This document shows positions 60,050-64,000 of a stretch of DNA of 64,000 nt, in pieces. This DNA is from Octopus sinensis (taxonomy: Eukaryota), in NCBI RefSeq assembly GCF_006345805.1, contig NC_042999.1:90458001-90522000 (forward strand), written 5' to 3'. Within the stretch, counting starts at the first letter, position 1. Every line of letters starts with the position of its first letter. Under the pieces are notes generated by a model. That model was not told the DNA's origin and did no database searches. It saw nothing but the letters and a program-made list of their open reading frames with translations. Both the position numbers and the translations under genes were made by a program.

Positions 60050-63000
60050 GCTCAAGATGTTAGACGAGGTGGGGGAGACTGTTTCATTGTAATTCACTGA
60101 ATAAACTCTGTATCAAAGCTCTATGCGAGCTAGCAAGCATTTTTGCAGATCTTTGTTTCAGGTGATGACAAAATTCCCACAACTACCTCACCACTACTAC
60201 TCCCAAGTACTCAATCTCAGGGCCACCACCATCAATGATGGCACAATGAAAGGAAGGAGTGGGGAGATTGTTGAAATGTTAGAGTGACGCTGTGTTGATG
60301 TATGTGGTGTGCAAGAAGTTAGATAGAGGGGAGCCTCAGCTAGATCCCTCACGGACAAGAAACAGAGATTCGAATTCTTCTGAGTTGGCAGGAATGATGG
60401 AGTGGGTAGAGTAGGCATACTGTCAGCAGAAAAGCGATAGATAAGGTAATTGAAGTAGTTAGAGTATGTGACAGGATAATTAAGATGAAACTTATCATAG
60501 GTAAATTAACAGTTACATTTATCTCTGCTTATGCCCCTCAGTCTGGTCTGTCTGATGAGCAGAAGGACTGAAGCTATGAGATCCTTTTGCAGACCACTTC
60601 AACAACAAATGACAGAGACTTTATTATTGTGGCTGATGACTTCAATAGTCATGTTGAACAGCACTACATTGATTCCAGGGAGTGCATGGAAGCTATGGTT
60701 TTGGACCTAGAAATGAGGAGGGGACAAGACTGCTGGAGTTCTGTGATGCAAATGAACTTATGATCTGCAACATAAACTTCAGAAAACTAGCCAGCCACCT
60801 AATTACTTATCAGTTTGGTGAGCACATAAACCAGACTGACTACCTCCTCACCAGGCAATAAGATAGATGAATGCTTAAAAATGCAAAGTCTTTCCCAGGT
60901 GAAGAATGTACAACTCAACATAGGTTACTAGTTAGTGACTTCAGAATTAAAGCTAGAAAGACCCGAAGAAATAAACCAATCTGGAAAAGAAGACTATAGA
61001 AGCTCAAAGGCCCAGCAAACAGACAAAAATTTAGAGATTTGCTAATGGAAGCTTCTGACAAAAGAGAGGAAATGTTGGGGACATATAGCTTAGAGGACAA
61101 CTGGAAGTTCTTGAGTGACAATCTACTGAGAGCTACGGATGAAATCTGTGGTTGGTTCAGAGTCCCAGCTAGACCACAGGTGACATGGTGGTGGAGCAAA
61201 AAGGTTGACAGTGTTATAAAAGTGAAGAGACAGGCCTGGAAAGAATGGAAAAATGGTGGAAGCAGAGAATTATACCAGATAGCCAAAAGGACGGCTAGAC
61301 ATCAGGTATACATAGCAAAAGGAGTAGTTGAAGGTAAGAGATTTGCAAATGTCCTACAACATGAGGATCAGAGGCATGAGGTGTTCAGGATTGTAAAGCA
61401 GTGTATCAGAGAAAATAGAGATGTGGTAGGTGAGAAATGTGTGCAAATGGATAATGGTATGATTGCACTTAGTAACTCAGAGAAGAAAGATGCATGGAAG
61501 TGCCACTATGAAAGGTTACTAAATGTGGAAAATGGATGGATGAAGGAGAGTTTACCAAATATTGAACCAATTGAGGGACCAGTCATCAGAGTGGATAGCA
61601 GCATAATAGGTAAAGCAATTAAGGATATGAAAACAGGGAAAGCCCCTGGACCATCAAGAATCACTGCTGCGATGATCAAAATGACCTGTGGTGTAGGATA
61701 CAGCTTAGTCACCGATATAGTTAATCAGGTTATTCAGGAAGGCTCCATCCCCAACGACTGGTGTAGTAGCATTATAGTTAGCTGCTATAAGGGTAAAGGT
61801 GATGCCTTAGATAGAAACAACTACGGAGGTATTAAGCTGCTAGACCAAGTCATGAAAATTACTGAGAGGGTTGATTAAAAATAGAATTAAAGCTAGATGA
61901 GATGCAGTTTGGTTTTGTACCTGGGAAGAGTACCATAGATGCCATCTTCCTAGTGAGGCAGCTGCAGGAAAAGTACTTGGCCAAAAGTAAGCCATTGTAC
62001 TTAACCTTCATTGACTTGGAGAAAGCTGTTGACAGAGTTCCCCGCTCTGTTATATAGTGGTCTCCAAGGAAGTTAGGAGTAGAAGAGTAGCTTGTTAGAG
62101 CTGTCCAAGCCATGTACAGTGGTGTTCTCAGTAAGGCAAGAGTCAGCTATGAATGCAGTGATGAATTTAACATTCAGATAGGGGTTCACCAGGGCTCAGT
62201 TCTCAGCCTACTCATATTCATTATAGTCCTCCAGGCCATAACAGAGGAATTCAGAACTGGGTGCCCATGAGGACTACTATATGTTGATGATGTTGCTCTT
62301 ATTGCAGAATCTTTAGCAGAATTAGAGAAGGAATTCCAGGTATGGGAACAAAACCTGGAATCAAAGGGCCTTAAAGTTAACCTAGCTAAGACAAAAGTGG
62401 TTGTTAGTAAGAAGATAAAACTTTCTTTCTGTTTGGTAAATGTCCCTGCTCCATATGTAAGAAAGGAGTTGGAAGAAATTCCATTCGCTGCACCCAGTGT
62501 AAACTACAGACACATAAAAGATGCAGTGGTATCACAGGTATATTTACAGGTTGAGGAGGTTTTTTTATGTGGCAGACGTGCAGGAACAATAATCACTAAG
62601 AGCACACAGGAATTAGATTCTCTTAAATGCCCAGGAGGCTCTCTTGAGGTTGTAGGTAGTTTCTGTTACCTAGGTAACCAAATTAGCAATGGTGGAGGAT
62701 GCTATGAAAGTATTGTTTCTAGAATAGGAACTGGGTGGAGGAAGTTCAAAGAGCTATTACCTTTGTTGGCAACAAAAAGGTTTCTCTCTCATAATGAAAG
62801 GTAGACTATATGATACTTTTGTATGAATGACTACACTTCATGGTAGTGAGACATGGGCTCTGAATGCTGAAGACATGCATAGACTGGAGAGAAACGAAGA
62901 TAGTATGCACCACTGGATGTGCAACATCAGTGCACATGTACAACAAAGTGAAAATGCTTTGAGAAAAAAGTTGGGCATAAGAGGAATCAAATGTAGCATG

Positions 63001-63996
63001 CAAGAGAGAAGACTATATTGGTTTGGACATGTGATGCATATGAATGAGGACAGCTGCATAAAGAAATGCCGATCTCTGAAAGTGGATGGTACCTGTGGAA
63101 GATGGGGAGACCCAGGAAGACATGGGATGAAGTGGTAAGGACTGATCTCAGGAAGTTGGACCTCATGGAGGAAATGACCATGGACTAAGATGTCTGATGA
63201 TATGAAGTTCTTGAGAAGACCCACCCACATCAGTGAAACCGAGTTCTAGAAGTGCTGTGTAGAAAACCTCTCACACACTCTACCACAATGAACCAAACTA
63301 CATCTCTTCCTTACATTTCCACTTCATGTACTATGATTACCTCCCACTCTCCAATCTTGTCCTCTTGGCTCAGTGCCACTGTATTATTGCTCTCTGTTTG
63401 CCCCCAACCTGTGCGTTCTACCTACATGCCTTGTCTTACTCTGTTATTGCCATCTGTTAGCCCCTGACCTGGGTGTTCCACTCACATGTAACAAGAAAAC
63501 CTTTCCCTTACCCTACCCAACAAACCAATTTGCATCTCTTCTCTTTCTTGCATTTCCCCCTTCCTTCACTATGCCTAGTTCTCACTCCCCAATCTTGTCC
63601 TCACACTCCTCTTCCTCTGTATCATTGTATCATTGCTATCCAGTAGTCCCTCCAACTCTATATATACCCAGATCTTTTGCCACTTACTCACACTCCTTTT
63701 GCAATATCCTGTCACTTATACTATGGCATTTGAACCTCAAGAGTATGCCCTGGCACTTGCCACTATCTATATCTCTTTCTTCCTTTACTCAACCATCTCA
63801 TTTCTACTCTGATCCCTGTTCCTTGTGAGCATGCCTGGTATTTTGTGACCATCTTCATCCTGTGGTCTCCCACTCTCTCTCTCTATGCTTATAAAGAATA
63901 AGTCCTGAGGTCCATGTCTTCAACTAAAACCTTTAAGGCAGTGCTCCAGCATGGCTACAGTCAAATGACTGAAACAAGTAAAAGAATAAAAGAATA
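60050..63996 (+). mobile_element. Near-full-length RTE-clade LINE, decayed
   Basis: Contiguous APE and RT pseudo-ORF, a pyrimidine-rich 3' UTR (63240-63890) and a tail ending GAAACAAGTAAAAGAATAAAAGAATA. The 5' boundary is approximate. Confidence 0.9.
60213..63240 (+). pseudogene. RTE APE endonuclease / reverse transcriptase ORF with many stops and frameshifts
   Basis: GVQEVR, SAYAPQ, QHRLLV (APE); KAPGPS, QFGFVPGKST, DLEKAVDRV, QGSVLS (62190), YVDD (62280-62291) and FCYLG (RT). Confidence 0.92.
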
Positions 63997-64000
63997 TCCT

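Overview
This is AT-rich, microsatellite- and transposon-dense eukaryotic DNA, intronic or intergenic. Its SINE families, RTE LINEs and (TA)n/(ACAT)n/(CAT)n tracts match what I recognise from octopus (coleoid cephalopod) genomes; this is recognition only, not a database search. No host gene can be named. There is one good candidate exon (25413-25598, minus strand) and one weaker Thr-rich candidate. All recognisable proteins are decayed transposon ORFs: a full-length Tigger/pogo element (11382-13713), a near-full-length RTE LINE (about 60.1-64.0 kb), and fragments of other RTEs, mariner/Tc1, hAT-Buster and a Penelope-like (PLE) ORF; a non-autonomous Helitron is also present. Most ORF-track entries are microsatellite artefacts. 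The main unexpected signal is at the RNA level. Eight type I hammerhead-ribozyme-like motifs are present, several with palindromic stem III and two arranged as inverted pairs, plus degenerate relics and one twister-like motif. About nine local fold-back elements could form dsRNA if transcribed. All structures were folded by eye and need covariance-model and biochemical tests.
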